This document shows positions 19,973 to 29,289 of a stretch of DNA of 64,000 nt, piece by piece; within the stretch, counting starts at the first letter, position 1; each line of letters begins with the position of its first letter. Source of the DNA: an uncultured Methanomassiliicoccales archaeon (GTDB lineage Archaea > Thermoplasmatota > Thermoplasmata > Methanomassiliicoccales > UBA472); NCBI GenBank assembly GCA_963695345.1, contig OY968769.1:1376001-1440000 (forward strand). The letters are read 5' to 3'. The notes under the pieces were generated by a model. That model did no database searches. It saw only the letters and a list, made by a program, of their open reading frames with translations, and had not been told where the DNA came from. Both the position numbers and the translations under genes were made by a program.

Positions 19973-20154
19973 TGGGCGATCCAGCGTTCAAAAGACACTG
20001 GGGTTCGAAGACATCGAAAAATGACCGGCCTGGCCTCAACAGGCTCTGCCTTTCAGACCCTGACAGCGAAACCATTAATATGCTGGGAGAATTGGCTTTC
20101 ACGCTGCGATCTGGAGGATATGCCCGGTGCTTCAGCGTTCAATAGCTGCCCATC

Positions 20155-21054
20155 TTGGGCCGATCCATGGGGTGTTCTAAATTGAGGACGCTAGGGATAT
20201 TTGTCGACCGGCAAGCCCTGAGCTACTCGCGCATGCTGACAATGCTGATCAAATGCCGCGACACCGCAGAAGGCATGGGTCACCGCTCCTATTTCATCTT
20301 CCCAGTAGAGATAAAGAAGGTCCTCAGGACCGATGCGCTCTTCATCCGGAGCCGGACCGACCCACTGAACATATCATTCATCGCCTCCAAGATGGCTGAG
20401 ATGCACGACATACCGGTCATTGACGACCCGAGATCGATACAGATATGCTCAGACAAGGTCAACATGTACCTGCATCTGATCAAGGCGAACGTTCCAGTGC
20501 CCAGGACCGAGTTCGTCAGGAAGGGCGATTTCGGTGTAGAAAATATCACCAGGATCCTGGAGTCCATGTCCGGGTCGATGATTCTGAAGGAGCCATCCAC
20601 CACCCTTGGGAACCGGGTGAAGAAGGTGACATCACCGTCGGATGCGCACCGCATCGCCGGGAGCTATCTGAAAATGTCCGACTGGATCATTGCGCAGGAA
20701 TACATCGAGAGCGATGAGGATTGGAAGATCGGGGTGCTCGATGGGGAATTGCTGTACGCCTGCCGTTACGTCCTTCCCACCGAATCACAGAAGATCGTGG
20801 CCAGCGAAGAAGGCGAGATACCTGACTACGCATCGGAGAGCGTCCCTCGGGAAATGGTCCCGGTGGAGACCATTGACCTGGCGGTCAGGGCGGCCAAGGC
20901 CATCGGGAAAGGTCTCTACAGCGTCGACATCAAACAGCGCGGGGGCAGACAGTTCGTGATAGAGGTCAATGATAACCCGTCCCTCGAGAGCGGCGAGGAT
21001 GAATATTATCCTCAAATATTCAATCAAATCATCTCGAACCTGATGGAAAGGTAG
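20155..21054 (+). CDS. RimK-family ATP-grasp ligase
   Basis: VIDDPRSI.ICSDK, ILKEP, IAQEYI...DWKIGVLDG, GLYSVDIK, VIEVNDNPS; exact start uncertain. Confidence 0.88.
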   Translation: MGRSMGCSKLRTLGIFVDRQALSYSRMLTMLIKCRDTAEGMGHRSYFIFPVEIKKVLRTDALFIRSRTDPLNISFIASKMAEMHDIPVIDDPRSIQICSDKVNMYLHLIKANVPVPRTEFVRKGDFGVENITRILESMSGSMILKEPSTTLGNRVKKVTSPSDAHRIAGSYLKMSDWIIAQEYIESDEDWKIGVLDGELLYACRYVLPTESQKIVASEEGEIPDYASESVPREMVPVETIDLAVRAAKAIGKGLYSVDIKQRGGRQFVIEVNDNPSLESGEDEYYPQIFNQIISNLMER

Positions 21055-21252
21055 TGGCAAGGGCGTTGATCGGTACAAAAGGCCGGTGCGTCCTCAAGCG
21101 GAACAACATACTGGCAGAGATGATGTGGGCGAGGGAGGGCGAAGGGGCCGTCCTTAACTTGAAGGAAAATGCGTAGCGCCCCCTCACCGATGTTCCTTAT
21201 CACGATTGAAATGAATTCACATTCTCATCCACTCTTCAGGCCATTACATTTT

Positions 21253-22779
21253 TTACGGAATATCTATCGGAACCCCCGGTGATGGCAGTACCACCTTCCT
21301 GTTCAATTCCTTGAAGAATTCCGGCCGGAGCGTATGAACCGGGACAATGAGGTCCGGATCGATGGTCTCCACCACTGTGGCCAGGTCATCGGCCGAAGCG
21401 TGGCCTGATGCATGGTAGCCGGGCTCGAACGTCACTGTCCCATTCTTCTCAAGGAAACCGCGCACATCCATCCCGAACCTGGAGATCCACCGGTGCAGGC
21501 GTACGAAATCGAAAACCTGGTCCTCTGAATGGGCCTCGGAGGACGAATAGATATAGCGGCCACCCTTCGGTTTGATGTCCAGCAGGTTCCCCATATCGTA
21601 TGAGGAGAAACAGAGTATGTGTTCCCAGGGGTGCATCGAAATCTCCTTTGGATCTACCAGTTCTCCGATCTGTTCCTCGATGGATTCCTTGACCTTGCTC
21701 CCTCTGCTCTTCAGCTCCCCGTACACCAGGACCTGGGAGAGCCGGTCCACACCGTCGACCAAGCGCATTGCGTCCAGGAAATATGCGTCCTTGACCGTCA
21801 CCACCAGCGACCTTCCCGTTCCCTTGGCGATTTCCATGAACGCGTCCAGTCTTTCGAAGTTGCGGGCTGAGAAGTCAGCGATCATCAGACCGTCAACCTC
21901 CTCGGCGGCAGCCCTGCAATTGCTCGCCACGTCCGCCTCTGAAAGTTGGTAATGGGCATCGTCCCGGCCGGTCCTGGTCCCCTCGATGATCAGCACCGCC
22001 GGGGAGAGCGCTTTGGCGTCGGACATGAACTTTCTCGTCTTTTCACCGTTCGTCCCATGCAAGCGGATATCACCGCTGTAGACCACCCATCCGGCGGGCG
22101 TCTCGACCCCGTAGGCGGTCGCTCCATAGATGGAATGGTCAACATCCATGGCCTTGATCTCCAGGTCCAGGGAGGCCATGTCGCCCAGCTCCCCTAGCTC
22201 CAATCCCTTCGTCTTTCCTTTGCTCCTTGCCCAGAAATCGCCGAAACCGGTGGTGTGCCCATCGGTCAGGAAGAAGTCCCTGGCCACGTACGATCCCTTT
22301 CCGGCGACCACGGTGCGGCGGTCGGTCCCTGGCCCTTTGACCGTGCAATATGCACACTCGGCCCCGGGGTCCGCCCGTCCGCAGTCGTTCATCGCCTTGA
22401 TCAGGGCGGCGGTCATCGGGGTGGCCACGAAAGGTATGTCCAGATCGAGGAAGCCGGCGCATCCGAAATGGTCGATGTGGGCATGAGAGATCAGAAGGGC
22501 GTCCACGGCGAGATGGGGCGCTGAGGCAAGGTCGACATCGTCCGGGACCAGGTCCTCCCGGTACCAGTTCACCTTCGGGATCAGGCCCATGTCCAGGTAG
22601 TCATGGATCCCTCTCGAGGCGCGAGGCTGGAGGAATTCATCGTAATACTGGTTCATACGGTTGAAGTTGGTACCGAAATCGAAGATCACGCCTTTCTCTT
22701 CGAACCCCAGATGGACCTTGTTGCCCCCGATGCAGTCCGCCCCATCGAATACCGTAATCCTGACCGGCTTGTTTCCCAC
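21253..22779 (-). CDS. beta-CASP/MBL-fold ribonuclease (RNase J-like)
   Basis: IGGNK, FDFG, SHAHIDHFG, DHS, YSGDIRLHG, LIIEGT, HASGH, VPVHT motifs. Confidence 0.88.
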   Translation of the reverse strand: MGNKPVRITVFDGADCIGGNKVHLGFEEKGVIFDFGTNFNRMNQYYDEFLQPRASRGIHDYLDMGLIPKVNWYREDLVPDDVDLASAPHLAVDALLISHAHIDHFGCAGFLDLDIPFVATPMTAALIKAMNDCGRADPGAECAYCTVKGPGTDRRTVVAGKGSYVARDFFLTDGHTTGFGDFWARSKGKTKGLELGELGDMASLDLEIKAMDVDHSIYGATAYGVETPAGWVVYSGDIRLHGTNGEKTRKFMSDAKALSPAVLIIEGTRTGRDDAHYQLSEADVASNCRAAAEEVDGLMIADFSARNFERLDAFMEIAKGTGRSLVVTVKDAYFLDAMRLVDGVDRLSQVLVYGELKSRGSKVKESIEEQIGELVDPKEISMHPWEHILCFSSYDMGNLLDIKPKGGRYIYSSSEAHSEDQVFDFVRLHRWISRFGMDVRGFLEKNGTVTFEPGYHASGHASADDLATVVETIDPDLIVPVHTLRPEFFKELNRKVVLPSPGVPIDIP

Positions 22780-22931
22780 GACGCAACATACGGCCAGGGG
22801 TATGATAAAGGTGTCGAGAAACCGTCAACGGTCGAATGCATTAACACCAGGCTACCTTGGCAAACTTGAATAAGCCAACTCCCGATATGAGGTCGTTTGG
22901 TGAATACTCCGCCATGAACAGCATGGAACCA

Positions 22932-23375
22932 ATGATGGGGGAACAGGAATGTCCCGGTTGCGGCAGTGAAATGGCATCCGAGCATGCCTATTGCCGTCGG
23001 TGCGGGATGCCTCGGAAGAGCACGGCCCCTTCGGGCACTAGCGTCGAGGAATGGACCTGCATGGGATGTGGCCGGAGGATTTCCACGGAGTTCAGGTTCT
23101 GCCCCAATTGCGGGCGGCCGGCGATCATCCCATACTATCAATATCCGTTTCCAGTCCAACAGCCGGTATACGGTGAGGACTCCACGATAGTACATTACAT
23201 TCTTTTTGCACTATCGCTGCTGGTCCCGCTGCTCGGATTCCTGCTCGGATTCCTGCTCACCCGATCGGATAACCCTGTCGAAGATCAGAACGCGGGCAAA
23301 ATTTGCATTGTGATGGCTTTTTTCTGGCCTTCGATCATTCTCTTGTTCATCATCCGCTTGCTGGTCTTCGCCTGA
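22932..23375 (+). CDS. double zinc-ribbon membrane protein
   Basis: CPGC..CRRC and CMGC..CPNC, Y/Q/P-rich linker, TM hairpin with AGKIC; start uncertain. Confidence 0.8.
   Translation: MMGEQECPGCGSEMASEHAYCRRCGMPRKSTAPSGTSVEEWTCMGCGRRISTEFRFCPNCGRPAIIPYYQYPFPVQQPVYGEDSTIVHYILFALSLLVPLLGFLLGFLLTRSDNPVEDQNAGKICIVMAFFWPSIILLFIIRLLVFA
23229..23258 (+). repeat. in-frame 12-bp tandem repeat (2.5 copies)
   Basis: CTGCTCGGATTC x2 plus CTGCTC, encoding LLGF-LLGF-LL in the TM segment. Confidence 0.8.
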
Positions 23376-23476
23376 AAAGGCTCCCATGTTCTGGATAGTG
23401 ATTCCCTCATCGTAATATTGATAATGCCATAGGTCTTAGTCCCCAAATAGTCCAACGGATTCTGAGGGATTTGAAA

Positions 23477-24463
23477 ATGAGTTTGTTCAATAAAGATCAA
23501 GAAATGGTCTGCCCAGGATGCGGCAACCGGATACAATCCACTGACAGATTTTGCAAATACTGCGGCCGAGCTGTGATCCAGGCTTCCCCGGCACCACCTC
23601 CCTCCTCGAACCAGAGAACCAAGCAATGCTCCAGTTGCGGAAGGGAGGTGCCTGAGGGGTTGAACTTCTGCCCCTTCTGCGGGAAACCTACACCAGGGGC
23701 CGTACCGTCTGAGGACGCCCCTCCAGTACAACCGGCACCGATCCAGGCTCAACCAGCCCCGATGCCTCAACCGGCAGCCCCTCAGAAACCGATGCCCCGA
23801 TGCGTCGGCTGCAATCGGGAGATACCCGAAGGTCTCAAGTTCTGTCCTTACTGCGCACGCCCCAATCCGTATGCGGCGGCTGCTCCATACCCGATGCCCC
23901 AATCGGCACCATTGCCGGAGCCAGTCCCCATGCCCGCACCGGTCGCTCCGGCCCCTCCGGTTCAACCGGTGGCTCCAGCCTCTTCTGGCATGGAGAAGTG
24001 CAAGGCCTGCGGCAAGGAGATCCCTTCCGGTCTGAAGTACTGTCCTTACTGCGGCAGATTGGCGGCAGTCGAACAGCCCGTCCAGCAGCCCGCACCGGTG
24101 ATCGCGCCCATGACACCGGCCCCCGCTCCGGCCCCGATGCCCCAACCAGCACCTACGCCGGTTCCAGCCCCAGTACAGGCCCCGATGCCTGAGCCGGCGG
24201 TCCCGGCCCCAGCACCAGCTCCGATGCAGTCACCTGTCCCTGCCACGCAACCGGCGACCAAACGCTGCGTCGGCTGTGGAAGGGAGATCAGCGCCAACAT
24301 GAAGTTCTGTCCGTTCTGCGGTACTGCTGACCCGGCACCGATGCAGGCGCCGCCATCCCCGCCGGTAGGGACCAGGATCTGCCCGGGCTGCGGTAAGGAG
24401 ATATCGATAACGCATGATTTCTGTCCGTCGTGCGGCTATCCAAAGAACCCTCGTTTCTATTGA
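23477..24463 (+). CDS. soluble protein with six zinc ribbons joined by Pro/Ala/Gln-rich linkers
   Basis: Six Cx2CG.ei.....fCx2CG units; PAP(M/V)Q low-complexity linkers; no TM. Confidence 0.9.
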   Translation: MSLFNKDQEMVCPGCGNRIQSTDRFCKYCGRAVIQASPAPPPSSNQRTKQCSSCGREVPEGLNFCPFCGKPTPGAVPSEDAPPVQPAPIQAQPAPMPQPAAPQKPMPRCVGCNREIPEGLKFCPYCARPNPYAAAAPYPMPQSAPLPEPVPMPAPVAPAPPVQPVAPASSGMEKCKACGKEIPSGLKYCPYCGRLAAVEQPVQQPAPVIAPMTPAPAPAPMPQPAPTPVPAPVQAPMPEPAVPAPAPAPMQSPVPATQPATKRCVGCGREISANMKFCPFCGTADPAPMQAPPSPPVGTRICPGCGKEISITHDFCPSCGYPKNPRFY

Positions 24464-24641
24464 ATGAAGGCGGCCTTTTCAGGCCCCTCACCCTTTCATT
24501 TTTGTTTTAACAATATTTATCTGGAGGTGCCATACACTGCTCTCTGGCTCAACAACATTTAAGTATTGAATATGATAATAACAAAGCAACATTCCAAACA
24601 GGCTCATGCCTGGGTGAGGAATATTAGGAGGATGTATTAAT

Positions 24642-25022
24642 TTGACAGACCAGGAAATGAGGATGTGTCCCGGATGCGGCCGCCAGATACCGGCGGCCTA
24701 TAACGTCTGTCCGCACTGCGGCCGGCCTGCTAACGCACCGCCACAGTATGGACCGCAGCCAGCCTATGGCCCGCAGCCCTACGGTCAGCCGTACCCACAG
24801 CAGCCGCAAGAGCCGCTGGGAGCGTTGAAGTACATACTCTACATCATCTCGTTCTTCAGCATCATCATCGGGTTCATACTGTTCATCGTATGGAACAACG
24901 ATCCGAACCCGGAGAAGAGACATGTCGGGAAGAACTGTCTGCTCCTGGCCATTGCTGGAATCGTTCTCAGCGTATTATGCTGGGTCCTCGCGGCAGTATT
25001 CTGGACCGCTTCCTTCTATTAG
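24642..25022 (+). CDS. zinc-ribbon membrane protein with PQYG-rich linker
   Basis: TTG start after GGAGG; CPGC..CPHC; PPQYGPQPAYGPQPYGQPYPQQP; TM hairpin with VGKNC; paralogous to 22932..23375. Confidence 0.85.
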   Translation: MTDQEMRMCPGCGRQIPAAYNVCPHCGRPANAPPQYGPQPAYGPQPYGQPYPQQPQEPLGALKYILYIISFFSIIIGFILFIVWNNDPNPEKRHVGKNCLLLAIAGIVLSVLCWVLAAVFWTASFY

Positions 25023-25045
25023 GCAGCGCATCCGGCAAGGCACGC

Positions 25046-25069
25046 AAACCCCTTTCCTTTTATCTTTTC
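25046..25069 (+). terminator. pyrimidine-rich terminator
   Basis: AAACCCCTTTCCTTTTATCTTTTC after the stop. Confidence 0.5.
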
Positions 25070-25088
25070 AGCCCCTTATCGATACGGA

Positions 25089-25787
25089 ATGGGCCCGCCT
25101 GCAGATATTCTTGGTAGCTTTCTTTGGAACGTGGGATACTCTCTCTGCCACCAGTTACCAGAGCGGTCCTTCATCATAAGCGGATTGCAGATGCCGGTCT
25201 GTGCTCGGGACACCGGCATCTATCTCGGTTTTCTGGCCGTGCTCGGGATATTCCTACTCGGCAAACGATATCATAACAAGGTGGCGCCCGACCGCCTGGT
25301 GATGGCCTATGCCGCTCTGGGTGTCGGCCTGTACGCGTTCGATGCGTTGAGCTCCTATCTGGGTTTCCGCTCCACCAGCAACGACATACGTTTGTTCGTC
25401 GGTCTGGCCTTTGGGTCCGGGATCGCCTTCCTATTGCTGGGCGTGGTATCGATCGCCTTGTTCCGGGGCAATGGTCCGAAAAGGGTCTTCTCAATGCTGG
25501 ATATTGCCATTGTCATACCGATCCTGGCGCTGGCATCGGTACCGCTGGTGGTCGACCTGGGCGGCGCGTCCTATTACCTCATGGCCACGGCGGTCATTGC
25601 CGGATATCTGATCATGCTGTTCTTCATCACTGCCCTGCTCCTCTCGGTCCTGTGGTCCTGGAATCTGACGGACTCAGGGAACGCCGGGAGGCTGGTCGTC
25701 GTTTCCGTCGTGCTCGAAGCTCTGTTCGTGATCGGACTCTGGGCCATCAAGTCCTATGTCTGGCCTGGAATTTCCCTACCGGGCTAA
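25089..25787 (+). CDS. DUF2085 family membrane protein
   Basis: CHQLPERSF...QMPVCARDTGIYLG and S.NDIRL..G motifs. Confidence 0.9.
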   Translation: MGPPADILGSFLWNVGYSLCHQLPERSFIISGLQMPVCARDTGIYLGFLAVLGIFLLGKRYHNKVAPDRLVMAYAALGVGLYAFDALSSYLGFRSTSNDIRLFVGLAFGSGIAFLLLGVVSIALFRGNGPKRVFSMLDIAIVIPILALASVPLVVDLGGASYYLMATAVIAGYLIMLFFITALLLSVLWSWNLTDSGNAGRLVVVSVVLEALFVIGLWAIKSYVWPGISLPG

Positions 25788-25819
25788 AACCATATTAGCT
25801 CAAAACCCATGACCCATCC

Positions 25820-26458
25820 GTGGAGAGGCCTCTGGGTGAAGAGATCCGGATCGACAAGGACATCGATAGGGTGCTGGCGTTCGCCTTCGTATGTCTGGCA
25901 ACGTATTCTCTGTACAGCGCGCTGACCATCGAAGGACTCTTGTTAAAAATCGAAGTGGCCGCGTCGATCCCTTTGAACGCATTGCCCGCCATCTTTTTCT
26001 GGATCAGGGAGCCCGCGAGGGAGGGTACGAGGCGCGGCGAGTTCCTCGTTCCGGCCCTTTCTTTGATCATGCCTTTCCTGGCGATGAACGTACCCTCGCT
26101 CCTTCCGACTCCGTACTCTATCTCATATGGTTTCCTTGTCGCCATGTTCGGGGCGGCCTTGGCCATATCCTCCTTCATATACCTGCGCCGGTCCTTCGCC
26201 ATCATGCCAGCCGTTCGTAACGTGGTCACTTCCGGTCCATATCAGTTCGTCCGGCACCCTTTGTACCTGGGCGAGCTGATGTACGCCATCGGTATGGTGA
26301 TGCTCGGGTTCAACATCCTGAGCGTTGTTCTTGTGGTACTGTCGGTCGTGATCCTGGCAATGAGGGTCAAGATCGAGGAAAGGAAATTGCTGCGATATCC
26401 TGAGTACGTGAGCTATGCCCACAAGGTCCGGTACCGCATGATCCCGCCTTTGTTCTGA
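25820..26458 (+). CDS. isoprenylcysteine carboxyl methyltransferase (ICMT/PEMT) family protein
   Basis: VVTSGPY..VRHPLY.GE, R..IEE..L...PEY..Y...V.YR.IP. Confidence 0.9.
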   Translation: MERPLGEEIRIDKDIDRVLAFAFVCLATYSLYSALTIEGLLLKIEVAASIPLNALPAIFFWIREPAREGTRRGEFLVPALSLIMPFLAMNVPSLLPTPYSISYGFLVAMFGAALAISSFIYLRRSFAIMPAVRNVVTSGPYQFVRHPLYLGELMYAIGMVMLGFNILSVVLVVLSVVILAMRVKIEERKLLRYPEYVSYAHKVRYRMIPPLF

Positions 26459-26522
26459 GAGCACGGCATAGTTACCGGCTTCGACCGATACCGATATATC
26501 CAGTATCGTCATTCGAAGGGAC

Positions 26523-27782
26523 ATGGCGGCCATGACCTTCGCGGAGAAGGTGCTTACCAGGGCGAGCGGAAAAGCGGTCGTACCCGGAGACATTGTCAAT
26601 GCCAAGATCGACCTGGCCATGTCCCACGAGAACGCCGCGCTGGTCCTCCGTTCCTTTCACGAGATCGGGGCGGAACACGTCTGGGACCGGGACAAGATAG
26701 TCCTCCTTTTCGACCACCGCATTCCGGCGAATACCACGAAGGCGGCCGAAGGCCACAAGGTGGTCAGGGAATTCGTCAAGAAGGAAGGTATCCCCAACTT
26801 CTATGATCTGCGCGAGGGCATCTGCCACCAGGTACTACCAGAAAAGGGGCATGTACGGCCTGGAATGCTCATCGTCGGGTCCGACTCGCACACCACCACA
26901 TATGGGGCATTCGGTGCCTTCTCCACCGGGATAGGCGCAACCGAGATGGCATCGGTCTGGGCGACCGGTGAACTGTGGCTCAAGGTCCCGCAGACGATGC
27001 GGTTGAAGTTGAACGGGGTCCTGCACAAGGCGGTGGAGCCCAAGGATGTGATTCTCTATCTCATAGGCCAGATCAAGGCCGATGGCGCCGACTACATGTC
27101 GGTGGAGTTCACCGGTCCGGTCGTTGACGAGATGTCGGTGTCCGGCAGGATGGTCCTGACGAACATGAGCATGGAGATGGGGGCCAAGAACGGGGTCTGC
27201 TTTCCGGACAGGAAGACCATGGATTTCCTGGAAAGGCGGGTCAGGCAAGCGATGTATCCGGTCGTCTCCGACAAAGAGGCCCCCGTGTCAAGGGAGCTTG
27301 AATTCAACCTGACGGACCTGGAACCGCAAGTGGCCTGCCCGCACCAGGTGGATAATGTGAAACCGGTCTCCGAGGTGGCGGGAAAGGCCATTGACCAGGC
27401 GGTCATCGGCTCGTGCACCAACGGTCGCCTGGAGGACCTGATGGCGGCCGAGGCCATCCTGCGGGGCAAGAAGGTCAGCGATTCGGTCAGGTTGATCGTG
27501 GTTCCAGCGTCCCGCGAGGTCTATCTTGACGCGGCCGACAAAGGCATATTGTCATCGCTGGTGCGTTCCGGGGCGGTGGTGACGAACCCCGGATGCGGCC
27601 CATGCCTGGGGGCGCACCAGGGAATACTAGCACCGGGGGAGAGATGCATTTCCACCACCAACCGCAACTTCCAAGGCCGGATGGGGTCTCCCGATTCCGA
27701 GGTCTACCTTGCTTCGCCGGCGACGGTGGCCGCGAGCGCCCTGGCCGGAAAGATAGCGGATCCGAGGGAGGTGCGGAGATGA
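26523..27782 (+). CDS. leuC: 3-isopropylmalate dehydratase / homoaconitase large subunit
   Basis: DH, GICHQV, GSDSHT.TYGA, IGSCTNGR, CGPCLG, STTNRNF.GRMG; LeuC versus HacA specificity not resolved. Confidence 0.9.
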   Translation: MAAMTFAEKVLTRASGKAVVPGDIVNAKIDLAMSHENAALVLRSFHEIGAEHVWDRDKIVLLFDHRIPANTTKAAEGHKVVREFVKKEGIPNFYDLREGICHQVLPEKGHVRPGMLIVGSDSHTTTYGAFGAFSTGIGATEMASVWATGELWLKVPQTMRLKLNGVLHKAVEPKDVILYLIGQIKADGADYMSVEFTGPVVDEMSVSGRMVLTNMSMEMGAKNGVCFPDRKTMDFLERRVRQAMYPVVSDKEAPVSRELEFNLTDLEPQVACPHQVDNVKPVSEVAGKAIDQAVIGSCTNGRLEDLMAAEAILRGKKVSDSVRLIVVPASREVYLDAADKGILSSLVRSGAVVTNPGCGPCLGAHQGILAPGERCISTTNRNFQGRMGSPDSEVYLASPATVAASALAGKIADPREVRR

Positions 27783-28270
27783 GAGGCAAGGTATGGAGGT
27801 ATGGAGATCATGTCAACACCGACCTGATCATTCCCGGAAGGTATCTGGACGACTACGACCCGAAGAATCTGGCCAAGCATGCCATGGAGGACATCGATCC
27901 GGACTTCGCCAAGAAGGTGGGTTTCGGGGACATCATTGTGGCCGGCCGCAATTTCGGATGCGGTTCCAGCCGAGAACAGGCGCCGGTGGCCCTGAAGGGG
28001 GCCGGTGTTGGCGCGGTCATCGCCGGGAGCTTCGCTCGGATATTCTACCGCAACGCGATCAACATCGGATTGCCTGTGATAGAATGTCCCGAGGCGTACG
28101 ACGCGTTCAAGAACGGGGACGTGGCGCTCATCAACATCGACAAGGGCATCATCGTCAATGAGACGACGGGCAAGAGCATCCGTTTCCAACCGATGCCGGA
28201 GTTCTTGAGGGACATAATGAAGACCGGCGGTTTGGTTCGCTACACGAAGGAAAAACTGCGCCACCGATAG
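27779..28270 (+). CDS. leuD: 3-isopropylmalate dehydratase / homoaconitase small subunit
   Basis: [36 protein letters not shown]; ATGA overlap with the large subunit. Confidence 0.9.
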   Translation: MRGKVWRYGDHVNTDLIIPGRYLDDYDPKNLAKHAMEDIDPDFAKKVGFGDIIVAGRNFGCGSSREQAPVALKGAGVGAVIAGSFARIFYRNAINIGLPVIECPEAYDAFKNGDVALINIDKGIIVNETTGKSIRFQPMPEFLRDIMKTGGLVRYTKEKLRHR

Positions 28271-28439
28271 GGAACGTTCTTGTACATGTTCCGCTTTTGA
28301 TGCATTCGTTAAGGGACGCCCGGCGTCCGGCAGGAAAACGCGAAAAAACACGCTGGCCTGCTGGCTAATGATGCTTACAACGATAAATAAATTTATAAGC
28401 ATCTCGCTAATATGGGGGTACTCCCTGCATGGTGATTTC

Positions 28440-28613
28440 ATGAAATATACCAGATTCGAGAAGGCGCGCATTATCGGTGCAAGAGCACTGCAGGTCTCGC
28501 TGGGTGCGCCGGTCCTTCTGGAAATCCCTGAAAGAATGATCGATCCCATCCAGATCGCGATGTTGGAGTTCGAGAAGGGAGTTATCCCTATTACAGTCAA
28601 ACGAGACACATGA
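28440..28613 (+). CDS. rpoK: DNA-directed RNA polymerase subunit Rpo6 (K)
   Basis: [22 protein letters not shown]...IA..E...G.IPITV; GGTGA RBS; TTTATAA promoter at ~28392. Confidence 0.97.
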   Translation: MKYTRFEKARIIGARALQVSLGAPVLLEIPERMIDPIQIAMLEFEKGVIPITVKRDT

Positions 28614-28623
28614 GGTTGTTGAA

Positions 28624-29235
28624 ATGAGCGACGAAGCGAAAACGGATCTTCTCGTACCAGAGGACGTATACCTTACTTCCGGCGTACACATCGGAACTCA
28701 GCAGAAAAGCGCCGACATGAAGGAGTTCATATTCAAGGTCAGATCGGACGGCCTGTATGTTCTCGATGTTAAACAGACGGACAACAGGATCAGGGCCGTG
28801 GCATCGTTCCTGGGCAGATACAAGCCCGACCGCATCCTGGTGGTCTCGGCCCGTCAGTACGGTCAGAAGCCGGTCCGGATGTTCTCCAAGACCATCGGGG
28901 CCATGTCCTTCGCGGACAGGCTTATCCCCGGATCACTCACCAACCCGAGGCTCGAGAAGTTCATCGAGCCCGAGGTCATCGTAGTTACCGACCCTGCCGC
29001 AGACCAGCAGGCAGTCGCCGAGGCGCTCAACATCGGTATCCCGATCGTTGCCCTGTGCGACGCTAACAACGAGACCAGGAACGTAGATCTGGTCATCCCG
29101 ACGAACAACAAGGGACGCCGCGCTTTGGCCTGCGTCTATTGGCTGCTCACCCGGGAAGTGCTCAAGGCCCGCGGCCAGCTGACCCGGGATGAGGACTACA
29201 AGCTGACCATCGACGACTTCGAAGCTTCCCTATAA
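28624..29235 (+). CDS. rpsB: 30S ribosomal protein uS2
   Basis: [43 protein letters not shown]. Confidence 0.98.
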   Translation: MSDEAKTDLLVPEDVYLTSGVHIGTQQKSADMKEFIFKVRSDGLYVLDVKQTDNRIRAVASFLGRYKPDRILVVSARQYGQKPVRMFSKTIGAMSFADRLIPGSLTNPRLEKFIEPEVIVVTDPAADQQAVAEALNIGIPIVALCDANNETRNVDLVIPTNNKGRRALACVYWLLTREVLKARGQLTRDEDYKLTIDDFEASL

Positions 29236-29289
29236 GCCCGTTGTCGTGCACAAATCTCAATAAACCCCTTCCTTCTATTCATTTTCTAT

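Noticed and set aside
23471-24463. Repeats as a CRISPR array or DGR template/variable pair
   Set aside because: The repeats are in-frame protein domains with ordinary codon-level divergence; there is no adenine-specific variation and no cas or reverse transcriptase gene
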